Assembly (NCBI RefSeq): GCF_032191835.1
Contig: NC_083226.1
Location: 125,178,001-125,242,000 of the forward strand
From: Heteronotia binoei
Taxonomy: Eukaryota
DNA: 64,000 bases
Direction: 5' to 3'
Positions within the stretch are counted from its first letter, which is position 1. The number at the start of each line of letters is the position of its first letter. Under the pieces are notes generated by a model. That model had not been told where the DNA came from and made no database searches. It worked only from the letters and a program-made list of their open reading frames with translations. Both the position numbers and the translations under genes were made by a program. This document shows, one piece after another, positions 1-13,118 of this stretch.

Positions 1-420
1 ACTACGGAGGGGCAAAGGGAAGAGGAGCGTTGCCGCCGCCTCTCCCTCCTCTGCTGCTCCGAGCTGGGCGCTCTGTTTGTTTTATTAAAACGCTTTCGGG
101 ATGTGATCCCGCCCCCTTTTTGCAAGAGTGAAACTGATTATTTCTCCAGCTCGGCAGGAGAGAGTCATTCGTTTGGGATTGTGGGAGAGAGAGAGAGAAA
201 GAGAGAAAAGAAGAGGAGGAGGGAGGACAAGAAGGAAGAGAAGCTTCGCCGGGCGTGGAGTTTTGAATCCTCCTCTCCCTGCCTCTCTTCCCCTCCCTAC
301 CTCCGATCCGCGATGTTACAAAGCCTGTGAGCTGCGCTTTTCCCATTCGCCTCCTGTCACTTCCTTCCTGGACGCTTTCAGGACGAGTCCGCTCGTTTAC
401 TTTTATTCCGACCAAGCAGC
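1..420 (+). promoter_or_regulatory. CpG-rich promoter / 5' UTR region of an unidentified host gene
   Basis: CpG dinucleotides are dense here compared with the AT-rich, CpG-poor DNA after ~700. GC box CCCGCCCCC at 108-116 and a GA-rich tract at ~185-245. A strong splice donor follows downstream. Confidence 0.6.
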
Positions 421-681
421 TCAGGCACTTTCGCCTCCTGCAACGCTCTTCCTCACACACTCCAGATAGCTTCTCATTGGATTGATTGTCAAGGTTGTGT
501 GTGTATGCGGTTCAAGGAGACTGCATGTTGAACCAGGTGGTGAACATCTTACAAGGCTGGAAGAAGAACTAAAGGTTTCTCCCCCTCCCCCCCAACCCTC
601 CTCAGTGTGTGTGTGTCTCTCTGGTTCCCAAGAAGGGGAAAATATCGCAAAGAATAGCCTGATCATCCAAACGTTTGCAAT
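382..681 (+). other. Putative (largely untranslated) exon of the host gene; may instead be the 3' part of a longer first exon
   Basis: Consensus donor GTAAGT at 682-687 after ...TTTGCAAT. Possible acceptor (pyrimidine tract + CTTTCAG) ends at 381. Gene identity not recognised. Confidence 0.45.
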
Positions 682-3600
682 GTAAGTACACCTGCAATTA
701 AATCTAGCAGTAAAATTGATCGTCTCTCAGCCTTGTGATGCCTAATGTATCCCATATAGGCATTGCAATGTATTTGACATTTGCAACTTGTATTGGGAAT
801 GTGCTTGCCATAGGAGGAGAGCCCTGGCTTTAAAGTAACTTTGCACTTAATGGATAGAGTTAAGTGTTGGAGAATTTCTCTCTCTCCCCCTCCCCTCAGC
901 TGCATGGCTGTTTAAAGTTTCATGGAGTTGGTTCATCTCATTGGTGTGTTTTGATATTGTGAAGTGTGCTCAGGTTTGTTTGTCTTTTAGCGTTTCATGA
1001 AATGCTTATGACCTTGGAGCACTTGCCCTGTGAATTATCAAACAGCCCAGTGAAGAAATGAGCTGGCACAACAACCAATGACCTTTTAAACTTCATTCTA
1101 GACAGCATGGCAGGGTTATCTTTTTATAAATACTTTGGTTTTAGATACAGCCTTCTCTCTAAGTGTTTGCACCTCTTACTAGGGATATCGTTCCTTATGA
1201 GAAGGAGGAATGGTGTATGCCATTGGCAAGCAAATCAAATCAATCTCTTTTTCTTTGGTAGTCATTCCAACTTTGTAGTAAGTTGAGTGAGCTTGATCAC
1301 TGCCAGGCAGCCTGTCTTATTTTATTGTGCATTAACATTTCACCAGTTGGGTTTGAAAAAGGAAGGGAGATCTATAGTGAATGTTATTTTGTTATGTGCA
1401 TATAGCATAGTAGTTATCTTTATTCTTCTTTCAAGGATATAGCTCCTCCAATATACTTGGGAGCTCAGTCAAGAATACTTCACAATGCTCCTTTTCTGAA
1501 AACAGACTTACATAACAGAACTTTGCCAATGATGCAAGAATTAAAGGTGCAAATCTTATACCATCTGATTGTTAGGTCAGCACAGGTAGGGTTTGAAACT
1601 ACGTCCTTTACAATTGGATAGTTAACGGTGTGTAATTCATACGTGCTACTGTTTAAGATAATTAGCCAGCAGAAAGGCATTCTGCCAGCATTTCAGTGGT
1701 GGTCTATGCATTTCTTGCTGGTGACTATATGTGTTTTAATAATGTATATAAAACAAAACATAAAAGCCATTGACTTAAAATTATATTAGTTCCTTACATA
1801 TATTTGTAACAGAGGATGTGAAAAGTGTCCAGTTACGTAAGACCAACATGAAGTCTCTTTAATGGTACTTAGCAGGGCATTGTGGTTGCAAAGTATAGAT
1901 AGTTGTTTGTCGTATAGTAATGTTATACCTCAAAGTGTAGCAACATAATCACTTATGAACCAATACCTCTGCTTTGCAGACTGAGTTAATATTCAGACAG
2001 CCTACTTAGCAAAGCTGCTCTCCCCCATTAAGGGACCAAGATGCTTTCATTGTAACATGCATGATTCTTTTATTGGCAGTTGTAGGTGATACAGTGACAT
2101 CTTTTGAAATACTGGTGTCCTCCCTCCTATACTTTAATGGCCAGTTTATCTATAATACTTACTATTGCTTGAGATTAAATACTGCCACTGGGAGCACCAG
2201 AACATACGTTAGTCCATATAACCTTCAGAATTTGGACCTCCTGTCCGTATTCTTCTGGAATATGGAGAACAGATACTTTTGTTCTAATCTATTGTGTATA
2301 TACTAACTCTCTTCTAAGTTTTGATGTCATTTGCAGTAGAACAATTTGATAATTCAAACCTTGTATGAGTTAGATTTTGCAGATCTGCTTAGATGACAAG
2401 TGAAGACTTGTATGAATGAGGGTATGCAAGATAAAGCTCATCAATATAACTTTGGTAGTTTCTAACTAATATAAATAATTTGGGCACCAGTTTATCCTTT
2501 CTGATAGCTACATATTGGTGGAATGTTATACCCGTTTACTCAGTTTTCCTCCAAAGTGTTAAAATGAGAAAAGTTATGCATGAGTAGAGATAATGTTCCA
2601 AAATATGTACTTGGGTTTGTATTTGAAATGTATTAGCAGATCATATCACTATAAATCTGGGTTGCCCTTTTGGGAATACTTTACATGTGTAATATTGAAA
2701 GTGACTGCAAAGATTATTTCTTGGAAAAAAGTTGTAGGCGATGTGATAATAAGAGAAATATACTTCCTTGCTGATAAATTTCTTCTAATGTTGTGAATAG
2801 CAGACTTTTTTTTTTGGTAAAATATCCTTTATCAAAGCAGGTGCCTGTCCACAGATTACGTACTTTTGTATTCTGATTTTAAAATTTTAACTAACAAATG
2901 TAACACACACAAAATACCAACCAGTTTCCAGCAATTCAACTTTAACATATCCAAACTGCAAACTTGCCTTTGAATTCTAGGTATTTCTTTTTTATGTAGT
3001 GGGAAAAAATAAGTAATGCAGGAATCCAAAACACATCTACTTGATAGTAACTTCTTCTGGAATCAGTGGGATTTACTTCCAAACAAAAGTATTTGCCATT
3101 GTAGTGTCAAACTTAAATCAATTGCACAAAGTTCATTTGTTTTTAAAATCTGAGAGGGTCATTTCTTTGGATATTTAGCAAAATAGTTGAGAACATTCTT
3201 CTTCCTTCCCTTAAAAAAAATAAAATTAGACAAGCCAGCTGCTTAACCATTTTCAGCAATGGTCATGATCCCCTCCCCTAAATATTAGATGCTTGAAATA
3301 GTGATCACTTTCAGACCATAACCTGTTGAACCTAGACCAACTTCTGAGTTATATAGTTTAACCACAATCAGAAGAATGTGGATTAGAATGGTCTTAAACT
3401 CCCTAATTATTTGTGTGAGGATCATAAAGCTGTGGCTTTAAATGATTAACAGTACAGCTTTGCAGCATTTTCTTCTTTTTAAGTTAAACTTGCATAGTTT
3501 TAATTAGCCAACAGAAGTTGAAAGTGAAACATGTAAACGATGTAGATATTCAAATGCTTTTTGTGTAGTTTTTGAAGTATAATTATTGTTTTGCAGTTCC

Positions 3601-6554
3601 AACCAGATTTAAGTTAATTGTCTGAGAGCTGACAGTCAATATGTTACATGTGGACAGGTGATTAAATCCTAGTGTCTTCAGTCCTGTACCTTAATCTCGA
3701 CTGTCGCATTGACTGCAGTGCAGTAGAGTTTGGCAGTTCACTGGGATCTGTCATCTTTAGGAAATCAGAGCAGCTTACAGAGACAATTCACAAAACCAAC
3801 AGTGACAACAAAGTCTTATGTGCCTTACAAAAGGAGGATTAGGCAGTTCAGATGTCAACTTGATTGGACAGAGATAAAAGCTGATTGCTGCTGCCTGGCA
3901 AGGCACACTTCATTTTCAATTGGTTATTTGTTACATAAGGGCTACTATTGTTTGATTGCTTAGTCATAGCTAAGTGCAAGTTGAAGGATAGAAACTGTTT
4001 TGAAATCACTGGGGGTTTGGGGCCGGGATTATTCAAATATTGCAAATTTAGTAATCTCTAAAGATTTGAAAGTGAGTGTGCAACTATGAGAAAACTTTAA
4101 GGCGTTATACATTTGAAGCTGTGTTACTTGCGACTATAGCAAATAGTAACAAACTATTTGTTTTAGCGGGTTTGTGTTACTAATTGAATAACTACTCAAA
4201 TAGTAACATAAACCCCCCCCCCCCAATAAATCGGATTACTATATGAATAACTATTTATCAGGTTGCTGTTATTCATGTCTATCAGAATTATGCAATTTTC
4301 TTTAAAGGATATTAATCTCAGGAAACCTATAATCTTTTCAAGTGGGATATTCAGTTATGGAAAGTTAACCACCTTTTTTTTTGAACTGCAATTGGCATTA
4401 AATCTGATTTTACCAGTAAGGGAATGAAAGCAGTCATTGCTTATCATCTGTACAACTGTTTAAAAAGGTTGTCGTGTCCTACGAAGGAGAATTTATAATC
4501 TATATTAACAACAAACTTTTACAACCCCAACTGATGCCTCCTAGTGTCTTGCATGGAGTGGCACTAATGAATCAGTTGCAAATATAAACAATTTATTTTC
4601 ATTACAATACTCATGTGCTTAATTTTCTAGTAATTGTAGGCATCTTTTAGAATCAGAATTTGCAATGCTCATTAAACAATAGTTGATGTCGCCATTTCAT
4701 AGTGTGGGAAATTTCACACTCTGTTGCATGAATATTGTTTTCCTCCTTCACATTATTTGCCAAACTCAGCCTGATTAAAGTGGAATATTTATATATAACC
4801 TGATTTAGGCTGTAATCCTACAAATCTGTTCCCAGGAGTAAGTCCCACAAAATAAAATGGGACTTGCTTCCTGTTTTCCTTTGCTTCCCAGTAGATCTGC
4901 TAAGGATTGTCTCTTGGGCTCAGGCTGTAGTCCTAAAAATTAGTACTTGGAAGTTCCATTGAAATCAGTAGGACTTAAACATCTATATCATTGAAGTGCT
5001 AGTCTCATTAGAGAGAAGAGGCCCAACGGGGGCCAAAGGCTGTGTTTTTAAGTACCTTTACAAAAGTAAGCTACACTGAAATGACTGGAATAAGTGTAGA
5101 AATAACATAGTAAAACTGAGGTGCCAGAGAGTCTTAAATCAAAACAGTCTTAACTAAATTGTGGAGTGGAGTGACTAGGCATTGAAACAAATTTTTGGTA
5201 AAGTTAATTTTTTATGTTGAGGCTTATGCAATTTGTAAGAGTGTTCAAAATATCCTGGGCATAGCAAATGTGGCATGGCATGTGGCTGTATTTTAGGACC
5301 AAGAAAGGGAAGCATGCCATCTATTAAAAAGCATTATTTTGGAAACTAGATTCATAAGGGGTATGTGTAAGCAGCTAGAGCAGTGATTTCTGGCAATATT
5401 GCAGCATATAGATGCTGTCTTCAAATTCTTTATTAGTCATACTTTTCAATGGCATAATGAACCATTGAACAAAAACTTTTTAATATTTGGTATAATCCCA
5501 TATGGATTACTAAATAAATATGTGATTTTATGAAGTGTATGCTGCGTTTCATAGAAATGTGTTAGGAACAGAGGAACACAGTTATCAAAATTTAGCAACC
5601 ATATTTTGTCATTATAACAAAATGTTGTGAGAAGAACTCTCATGGGACTCCAGCTGTGGTTTTTTGTGGTTGTGAAAACCTAAACAGGGGCTTATAATAT
5701 TTCCCACTAGTGTCAGCTTTTGGGAAAACTATAGGGATGTGAACAGCCTCATTATATAATAAAGACATGAAAATATAGCATGTATGAAGACATGGCATGT
5801 CATATACAGTCTTAGATTTGGTGTATGACCTAGATGATAAATGTAGATGTTAAGAAATGTAGTCTTCTCATTTTGTTTAGCATTTGCAATGTAAGGATTT
5901 AAAAAGCTGATGCAAACTAGTGATTTCCTTGAAATTCATAATATTTTGTAACAATTGTGCTTTACTGTTTTAGAGCAGGTAGTTCTTGCTGATATGAAGT
6001 CTGGTTTGGAACAAAAGAGCAGCAAATAGTCTTTAATACTGTGCCATACACTTAGCTTTATACCAAATATTTGTTTGATTTATGTTTGCAAGTGAACAGT
6101 TCATTAATTTGCCACTTATTTACATCATTGGGAAGGGGCTGTACCCTTAACAAGCCCTCAATAGCAAGTTAAGTGGTTTTAAAGTAGCCATCTGACAGGT
6201 ACTTGACAGGAAAGTTTGCTGTACGTTAAATATCTCATTAAAGAGCTATATGATTCTTGGACTGCAATCCTGTTCACAGTTAGATTGCTTAAACTGTAAT
6301 GATTTCAATAGCTTGATTGGACCAGAGATTGCAAGTGGATTACAGACTTCGTCTTAATTTCTTTTGCCCACTAGAATCTGTAGTAAACATATGAGACCAT
6401 CTCAGAACTAGAAAGCTGGTAAAGAATCATGTTTGTGTGAACACAAGACCAAGTCTCTATTATCCATCTACTATCAGAGAAGCAATGATACAAATGAACC
6501 ACTCCAAAGCTATAAGGAATAATAACTGAATATCTGAAGCTTCCTTATACTGTT

Positions 6555-6640
6555 TAGTTTATTAGATTTATATTCCACCCTTCCCACCGAAGCAGGCTCA
6601 GGGTGGTTAACAAGCCAATGGCGATATAAAACATACAACA
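6555..6640 (-). mobile_element. L2-type LINE 3' tail fragment
   Basis: tttattagatttatattccacc...ggctcagggtggttaac is the reverse complement of the GTAAGCCGCCCTGAG...GGGATATAAAT-type 3' end seen at the other L2 tails in this window. Confidence 0.6.
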
Positions 6641-6684
6641 TTATAAAACCATAAAACAGAAAAAGATGCTACGTAGTGATGTTT

Positions 6685-6832
6685 TGACCCTTGGTCAATC
6701 ACAGTCAGTATTGTCCACTCAGACTGACAGTGGCTCTCCGAGGTCTCAGGCAGAGAGGTCTCTCACAACACCTACTACCAGATCCTTTAACTGGAGATAC
6801 TGGGGATGAAGCCTGGAACCTTCTGCATGCCA
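6685..6832 (-). mobile_element. tRNA-derived SINE fragment (same family as 42513-42727)
   Basis: Reverse complement aligns with the 42513 copy (GAAGGTTCCAGG...GAGACCTCGGAGAGCCACTGTCAGTCTGAGTGGACAATACTGAC). Confidence 0.7.
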
Positions 6833-8403
6833 CCATTGGATCATGGCATAATAACAACAATAATAAAAACAGCAGCAGCAGCAACAACAACAATAATAAT
6901 TCTTACTTTGTATCATTCAAAGCACTTTTTGTACATTGTCTCACTGATCTTACTATAACCTTGTAAGGTAGGCTAGTATTTAATCTCCATATTACAGTCG
7001 GGTAATGGGGCTTAGTGGTTTGCGGAAGGCCACTTGGGAATCTCTGGCTGAGACCTGAACAAATGATCTTTTGAATCATAGCCCTTTATCTTACAGTGTA
7101 GCTCTAAGAACAATTTCCTGGGAGTAAACCCTGATGAATAGATCTGCGTAAACCTGCTTTGGATTTCTCTCTTAGCGACCATGCTATCCAAGGATTAAGG
7201 AAGTTTGGCAGAAAATCTGCTTCCACCTTCCCATCTTGCCTGTCTTCCCAGTAGCTCAGAACATATATTCAGGCATTTCCTAGTAGACTTTCTGTGGAAT
7301 TCCCAGTGGTTGGTTAAATATGTACATGCTGGAAATATTTAAAAATACATGAGGGAGAGCTCCATCCTTCAGCTAGGAAAGCAAACAAGCAAAATGAGCT
7401 GAACATGTTCCCATGAGTTTGATATACATATATTTTTTTCTTGGAATTCCACAGACATGCTTTTCATCAAAGAAGGATGTGAATTTTATTGGGCAGTTAA
7501 TTAAGCAAGTGTGCCTAGAATTTCTAATAAACTTTCAGGTGGAGAGGAAAGTACTTGCAGCAAAATATACAATATCTTTCCAAATAAGATGACAGCAGCT
7601 ATGTCATTGAGGCTGAAATAACTGGGCGGGGCTGGAGTTGTGTCAGAAGATGTTGCAGCCTATCACATTGGCTTCTCTCTCATGTTTTTAGGGGTCAGTT
7701 CGGCTTCTTCCAATACTACATCTACTCTCTAGCCTTAAAACAAATATTCCATGTTCACCGAAGTAGCCATCAGTTTACTGAATGGGGACATTTTAGCATA
7801 CCAGGCTAATTGAAACAGGTACCTGCATTCTTGCATATTATTGTCAAGGATTTGATAAGGAAGTAGAAGGCCACAACAAAAGCCATTGTAGGCTTCACTT
7901 AGACCACATCACGAGCACCACTGAACCACAGTAAGGAATAAGAAACTAGTGAAAAAGAGTTCAACAGTTCATACCTTGAAGTCGCACGCACTATTGCCCT
8001 GATACTCAGTTGACATTCTAAATATCAAATGTCTGATCTCTGCCACTAATGTTGGCAGTTTATATCTACAGCAATGCCAGGAGTATATTTGATAACTGAA
8101 GGGCACTACCAAACTCTTGCTCTTGATCCTTAGAATTCAGGATAGTGAGGACATTCAGAAATAATAAATACCCATTTAAAATGAAAGTTTTGGGAAAACC
8201 TGGTTATTTACAACAGAACTAGAATATAAGGAGTAAACTACCCATACTTCCAGTGTCCAAGTGCCTAATTTTTGAAAGCAGTTTCTTATGGAGAGAAAAG
8301 AACAGAGTGGAGAATCATTGGGGGAGAGAATGCGCTTAACTCTTTCATGCCTTTTGTTTTCTTGCTTCAAATTGCCCTCTCCCAATGCTTCCCCCCCCCC
8401 CCA

Positions 8404-8577
8404 CTCTAGATATCTTGGAAGCTAAGCAGAGTCAACCCTGGTTAGTACTTGGATGGGAGACCACCTAGGAAGTCCAGGGTTGCAATGCTGAGGCAGGTAG
8501 TTGTAAACGATATGCTTTTGTCTCTTGCCTTGAAAACCCTATGTCAGCTGTGACTTGATGGAACTTTCCACCACCAA
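8404..8577 (+). mobile_element. 5S rRNA-derived SINE (SINE3, 5S-Sauria-like) with RTE/BovB-type tail
   Basis: GGAAGCTAAGCAGAGTCAACCCTGGTTAGTACTTGGATGGGAGACCACCTAGGAA matches the internal control region of vertebrate 5S rRNA with substitutions. It is 5'-truncated and followed by a non-5S tail (ccttgaaaaccctatgtcagctgtgacttga). Confidence 0.8.
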
Positions 8578-11351
8578 GGCTTCTACCCCACCCCCCTATT
8601 TCACAAAGGACTGGTGGGAATTCAGTATTTGTATTTGGATAGACGTTGTTGATTCCATCATTTGCAGGCAAAATTATTTTATGTAGTACCTTAAACTGGA
8701 GAGATAAATGTAATTCAGGGCACTCCTGTTTTGCAGTTAGTTCTTAAACCCACCAGAATTAATGCCATTTGTAGTATGCAACCATTACCTGGGTTAATCT
8801 GCTAAATGAGTGAGGGGGAATCCTTTGTATAAAGGATTATTGTATAATTGCTTAGAAAGGATGACTAGAAATAAATGTGGCAGTTTAGACAATCTTTGAA
8901 AACATTGCCTTTTAACAATGGCAATGATGTCGATGGATGTTCTCTTACATTTAATTTTGTGGAAATGTAGACTTTCAGCACCTCAAAAGACAATACAACT
9001 GCAGAAAAACGCTACTGAAATTAGTGAATATCAGCATTTTATTGTGGATAGTGTAGTGGGGTACATTGATCCTGCAGAATTAGTGGCAAACAAAGGGTCT
9101 GCTGATTTAAACATTCCAAAGAATTGCAAAGAAGTTTCATATAGAGGTTTATCTAAATTGTCACTTAGAACTAGGTTTGGAGTGGTCTGTGCCTTCTTGT
9201 GCTTGTTTTGGTGTTCTGAATCCCCAAATACCCTGCACATTTTAGAAGACCAAGATTGTATTATGATTTTATATTCCTAGATCGTATTGCTCTGTTTCTG
9301 GTGGTGGATGAGTTTTTAAGTTGAACTGTGAATTTAAGGATGCGGTCCTTATCACAGTTATTAGAAAGTAAGTCCTCCTGATTGCTGTGTAAACATGTTT
9401 TAAGTTTGGTCTGCATTTATACTTTGGGTATATTCTAATGACTCTGTACAGCGGGGGCAAGAATTCCAAATTTTCATCTTTATTTTCTTGCTCTCTCTCT
9501 CTGTGTTCCTTGGTCTCTTGAGATTCTGTAGGGCACCTTTCAGGGTAAAGGTAAATTTTCTCACCAAAACCTTTTATTTTAAAAGAAGACTTTTGTGCAT
9601 GGAGGTTTAAAGGAATAGGCATAGACATTTTTTCCCAATTTTTTCCAATTAATGGAGGTTTAAAGGAATAGACATAGACATTTTTTTTACAATACTTGGG
9701 GGGGGGAGGGAATTCAGATCCAAGAATCTGTAATTTTCCCATTGTGTTCCTTCCCCCACCCCAAATGTTCCAAAAGTCATGGTTCATCTTTGAAAAAGTA
9801 TTATCAGCCTGTTAATTTTGTTTTCCCAACAAGCAGGTTTTGCTCGTATCACCCTTGCCTGGGCAGCAAGCAAAAAAAATGACTTGTGTTATGTGAAGAA
9901 CAGATACATAAATTATACTCAATTATTTTCCTGCCCACAGTGCTAGACACAATGTATAGTAGTTTAATATTCCTCTGCAGTGAATAAAATGCACACTGAA
10001 ATATAGGCACACTGTTATCCATTGTGTACATCTTACATACAGAACAGAAAATGCATCCTTGACACTGCTTGAGACATGAACTAAGATATATTTATGCAGA
10101 TATTGAAAATCATGGTAATATGGCCATTAACGTGGTATTGTAACCTGATAGACTCCCCTTAATATCAAAGAAAATGAAGCAGTATTTAATTAAAATACTT
10201 AAGAATAAACATTTTGTTTAAAAGGAATTTTGTGGCCTAATGATATCAGATCACGGATACTGTTATTAAAATTAAGAGCATAGCAGTAGCAGCAGTAGAA
10301 GATAATTTAATCTTGTACTTTAAAAGAAAGGCATTAATTAGTCAGAAGAAAATCCACATTTTAAAAGGAGAGGGTTAGCACTTCAAGAGAAATACAAGTA
10401 GGATATAAGTATTTTAAATATATGAAATTAAATGCAACTAGCCAAGTCTTTGATCGTATTTATACCAACTATTGTAGGGCCAGCCTTTCAGATGGTTTTG
10501 TTTTAGTGCAGTGTGGATCTGATAAATAGAAAATAATTGTTTTGTTTTTGAAAACAATTATATTAATAATAATTGGCAATATTATGAGGGATATACTCCA
10601 TTTTGCATTCCAGTATCATATTTGTGCATGTTGTTGTTGTAATTTTACATGCAATTTTCTTGTAGTTTATGGATTACAGATGCCATGTCATTTGTATGTT
10701 CTGGATCCATTCCACACAACCTTGAAGTGGCTTGATAGAAGAAATGGGGTTAATTTTTTAAGATTCTGCTTTAGCACTGAAAATGACAGACTCCTAAGTT
10801 TCTGCTTCCAGTGGTAAATTATGTCACAGTGTTGGATAAAACATAGTTCAACAATTATCAGCCCAGGAGTTAATTTCTCAGCACTTCCTCTTTGTTAATA
10901 TTTTTAAAACTCAAGCAAGAGTATGTGCATGGTATTGACAATGCTACAGGGGGAAAAAAACCCTTAATGAACAGAAAGATATTCTTTGTTAGTCTCTTAA
11001 AATGGCAAGATGAGGAGGTGGGGGCATGGATTTGATGGTCACAGGACCCAGTGAAGTAGACTGGACTTGATGTGGATGTGAACATAATATTTCTGGTTGA
11101 GGCAAGCTCAGCTGTCACCCTGAAGGTTGACCATCAAGCAGAGTTTGTAAATTTTTAAACTAAATAAATGCAAACTGTGTAGACAATCTGTTTGTAGGAT
11201 GCAGTTTGTGAAGCATCTGCAGTCAAATTGTCGGGTTGGTGTCCATCCTACCATTAATTGCCAAGATGTGCCACCAAGTACATTTATGTGATACTCTTGA
11301 ATCAGGTGGCATTGAGGATGGTTCTTCAGATGAAGATATAGTAGTTGCCAG

Positions 11352-11533
11352 CAGTATTCCCTGTAAGCTCAGTTAGCATGAGCTAGCTCACAGATTTTTA
11401 GCATCCAGCTCACACATTTTTGTTTTAGCTCAGGAAGGATGACTAATTTATGCAGTAGCTCACAACTTTCATGTCAGTAGTGCACAAAGTAGAATTTTTG
11501 CTCACAAGACTCAGCAGCTTAGAGGGAACATTG
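11352..11533. mobile_element. hAT (Tip100-like) MITE, 182 bp
   Basis: TIRs CAGTATTCCCTGTAAGCT / AGCTTAGAGGGAACATTG. Perfect 8-bp TSD GTTGCCAG at 11344-11351 and 11534-11541. Confidence 0.9.
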
Positions 11534-11695
11534 GTTGCCAGTGCCTTGCAAGATCAAATCTTTTGGGTTTTGTTTTTATAGATGAAAAAAGTCCCTTTCT
11601 CTTTAATTCTGTTCTGACACTGAATTGGATTCATGTTATTTCCACTGATGGAAAGAATTTCCATCAGCAGAGCAGAACTTCCTCCTCCCACTCAG

Positions 11696-12300
11696 GGCTG
11701 GCACCAGTGTTTTTGGCACCCTAGCCCCCCCACCTGTGACGGTAAGAATAAGAATGGTGGTGGTGTGGCACCAAGCACCTCTGAGTGCATCCGCTGTCGC
11801 GCCAACGCTGCTCAGCCTTCCCAGGTGAAGCACAGTCCTGGAAAGGCTGAGTGGAACTGGTGAGGTGGTGCATGTGCTCAGAGCCTGGCTCAGAGTGCCT
11901 CTGAGCACACCCACCATTGTGCTGCTCCGCTGCCCCCACTGTTCCTTCCCTGCCACTGCTGCCCACCCACCTTCAGGTAGGCAGCAAGGCAGAGGATGGA
12001 GGAAAGGTGGGCGTCAAGGTGAGTGCAGCGGGGAAGGGGTACTGGGGGTAGTGGGGCACATGTGGGGAGAGGAGGCACCCACCGGCTGCCCCTGAGACCA
12101 GGTAGCACCCTAGGCCTTCTGGGATGTGCCTACCTGGTCTTCTGGGACTTGTCGGCTCTGTTTCTCCTGCAGCCCAGAATGCTCTCTGAGGGACAGAGGA
12201 CCCAAAGGAACAACAAGAATGAGCAGCCGGAGGTGGAAAGGGGAAATTCACCAATGATTTTAACCCTGTAACTTTACATACATGTGTTTGTCAGTCCCTG
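11696..12300. mobile_element. Probable degraded GC-rich non-autonomous DNA transposon
   Basis: GC-rich island in AT-rich context starting CAGGGCTGGCACC, with internal GCACCCTAG motifs. The right TIR and TSD are weak. Confidence 0.35.
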
Positions 12301-12622
12301 CTTCACATAAACTCATGGTGCTCTTACTCATGTTACATTCAAAGCACTGAAACTGATGTAGTTGACTCCTTCCCATCACAAAGATAACTTTGGAAGCCGA
12401 ACGAATATGAGAGTTTCCAAATTAGCATTCTGTACCCCTGCGGGATTCCAGCACAGCCACAATACTTCCATTACAATCTGTACTAAATATTTAACCATCT
12501 TGAGGAGCATGAAGCCCTACTACTGGGCCTATAAAGGCCCTTGTTGTCTTCTGGTTTCTTGCTATTTTAACTCTCTGGCCTATTTACATTTGAAGCCTTT
12601 TGATTATGAAAATGGTTGTGAA

Positions 12623-13118
12623 TAAGCTTCCCAATCCCCAGGTCCCAGTGGGGGATCCCCTGGTTTTACAGGCTTCCCCCCTCCCCCAGCCAGCTGGCTG
12701 GCGGGGGAAGCCCCACCTCCACAGCCATTATGCACCTCCATGAACGATTCCCATAGGGAATGATGGGGAATTGATCCACGGGTGTCAGGGGCTCGGGGGG
12801 GGGCGTTTTTTGAGGTAGAGGCGCCAAATTTTCAGTATAGCATCTAGCGCCTCTCCCCAAAATACCTCCCAAGTTTCAAAAGGATTGGACCAGGGGATCC
12901 AATTCTATGAGCCCCAAAAGAAGGTGCCCCTATCCTTCATTATTTTCTATGGAAGGAAGGCATTCTAAAAAGTGTGCTGTCCCTTTAAATGTGATGGCCA
13001 GAACTCCCTTGGAGTTCAGTTATGCTTGTCACACCCTTGCTCCTGGCTCTGCCCCAATGTCTCCTGGCTCCACCCCCAAAGTCCCCAGATATTTCTTGAA
13101 TTGGACTTGGCAACCCTA
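12623..13118 (+). mobile_element. hAT MITE, TAGGGTTGCCA-terminus family (496 bp)
   Basis: Ends TAAGCTTCCCA / TGGCAACCCTA. Perfect TSD GTTGTGAA at 12615-12622 and 13119-13126. The 3' body is shared with the copies at 31000, 39028, 57118 and 58548. Confidence 0.9.

Noticed and set aside
2-905. ORFs over the 5' region (e.g. 2-460, 103-330, 128-469)
   Set aside because: Driven by GA/CT simple repeats and GC richness; low-complexity translations with no recognisable protein.
8404-8500. 5S rRNA gene
   Set aside because: 5'-truncated, many substitutions, no poly-T terminator, and fused to a retroposon tail.
8918-9787. 120-aa (8918-9280) and 172-aa (9269-9787) ORFs as possible host exons
   Set aside because: No recognisable domain and no convincing splice-site pair; the second includes a tandem duplication and homopolymer runs.
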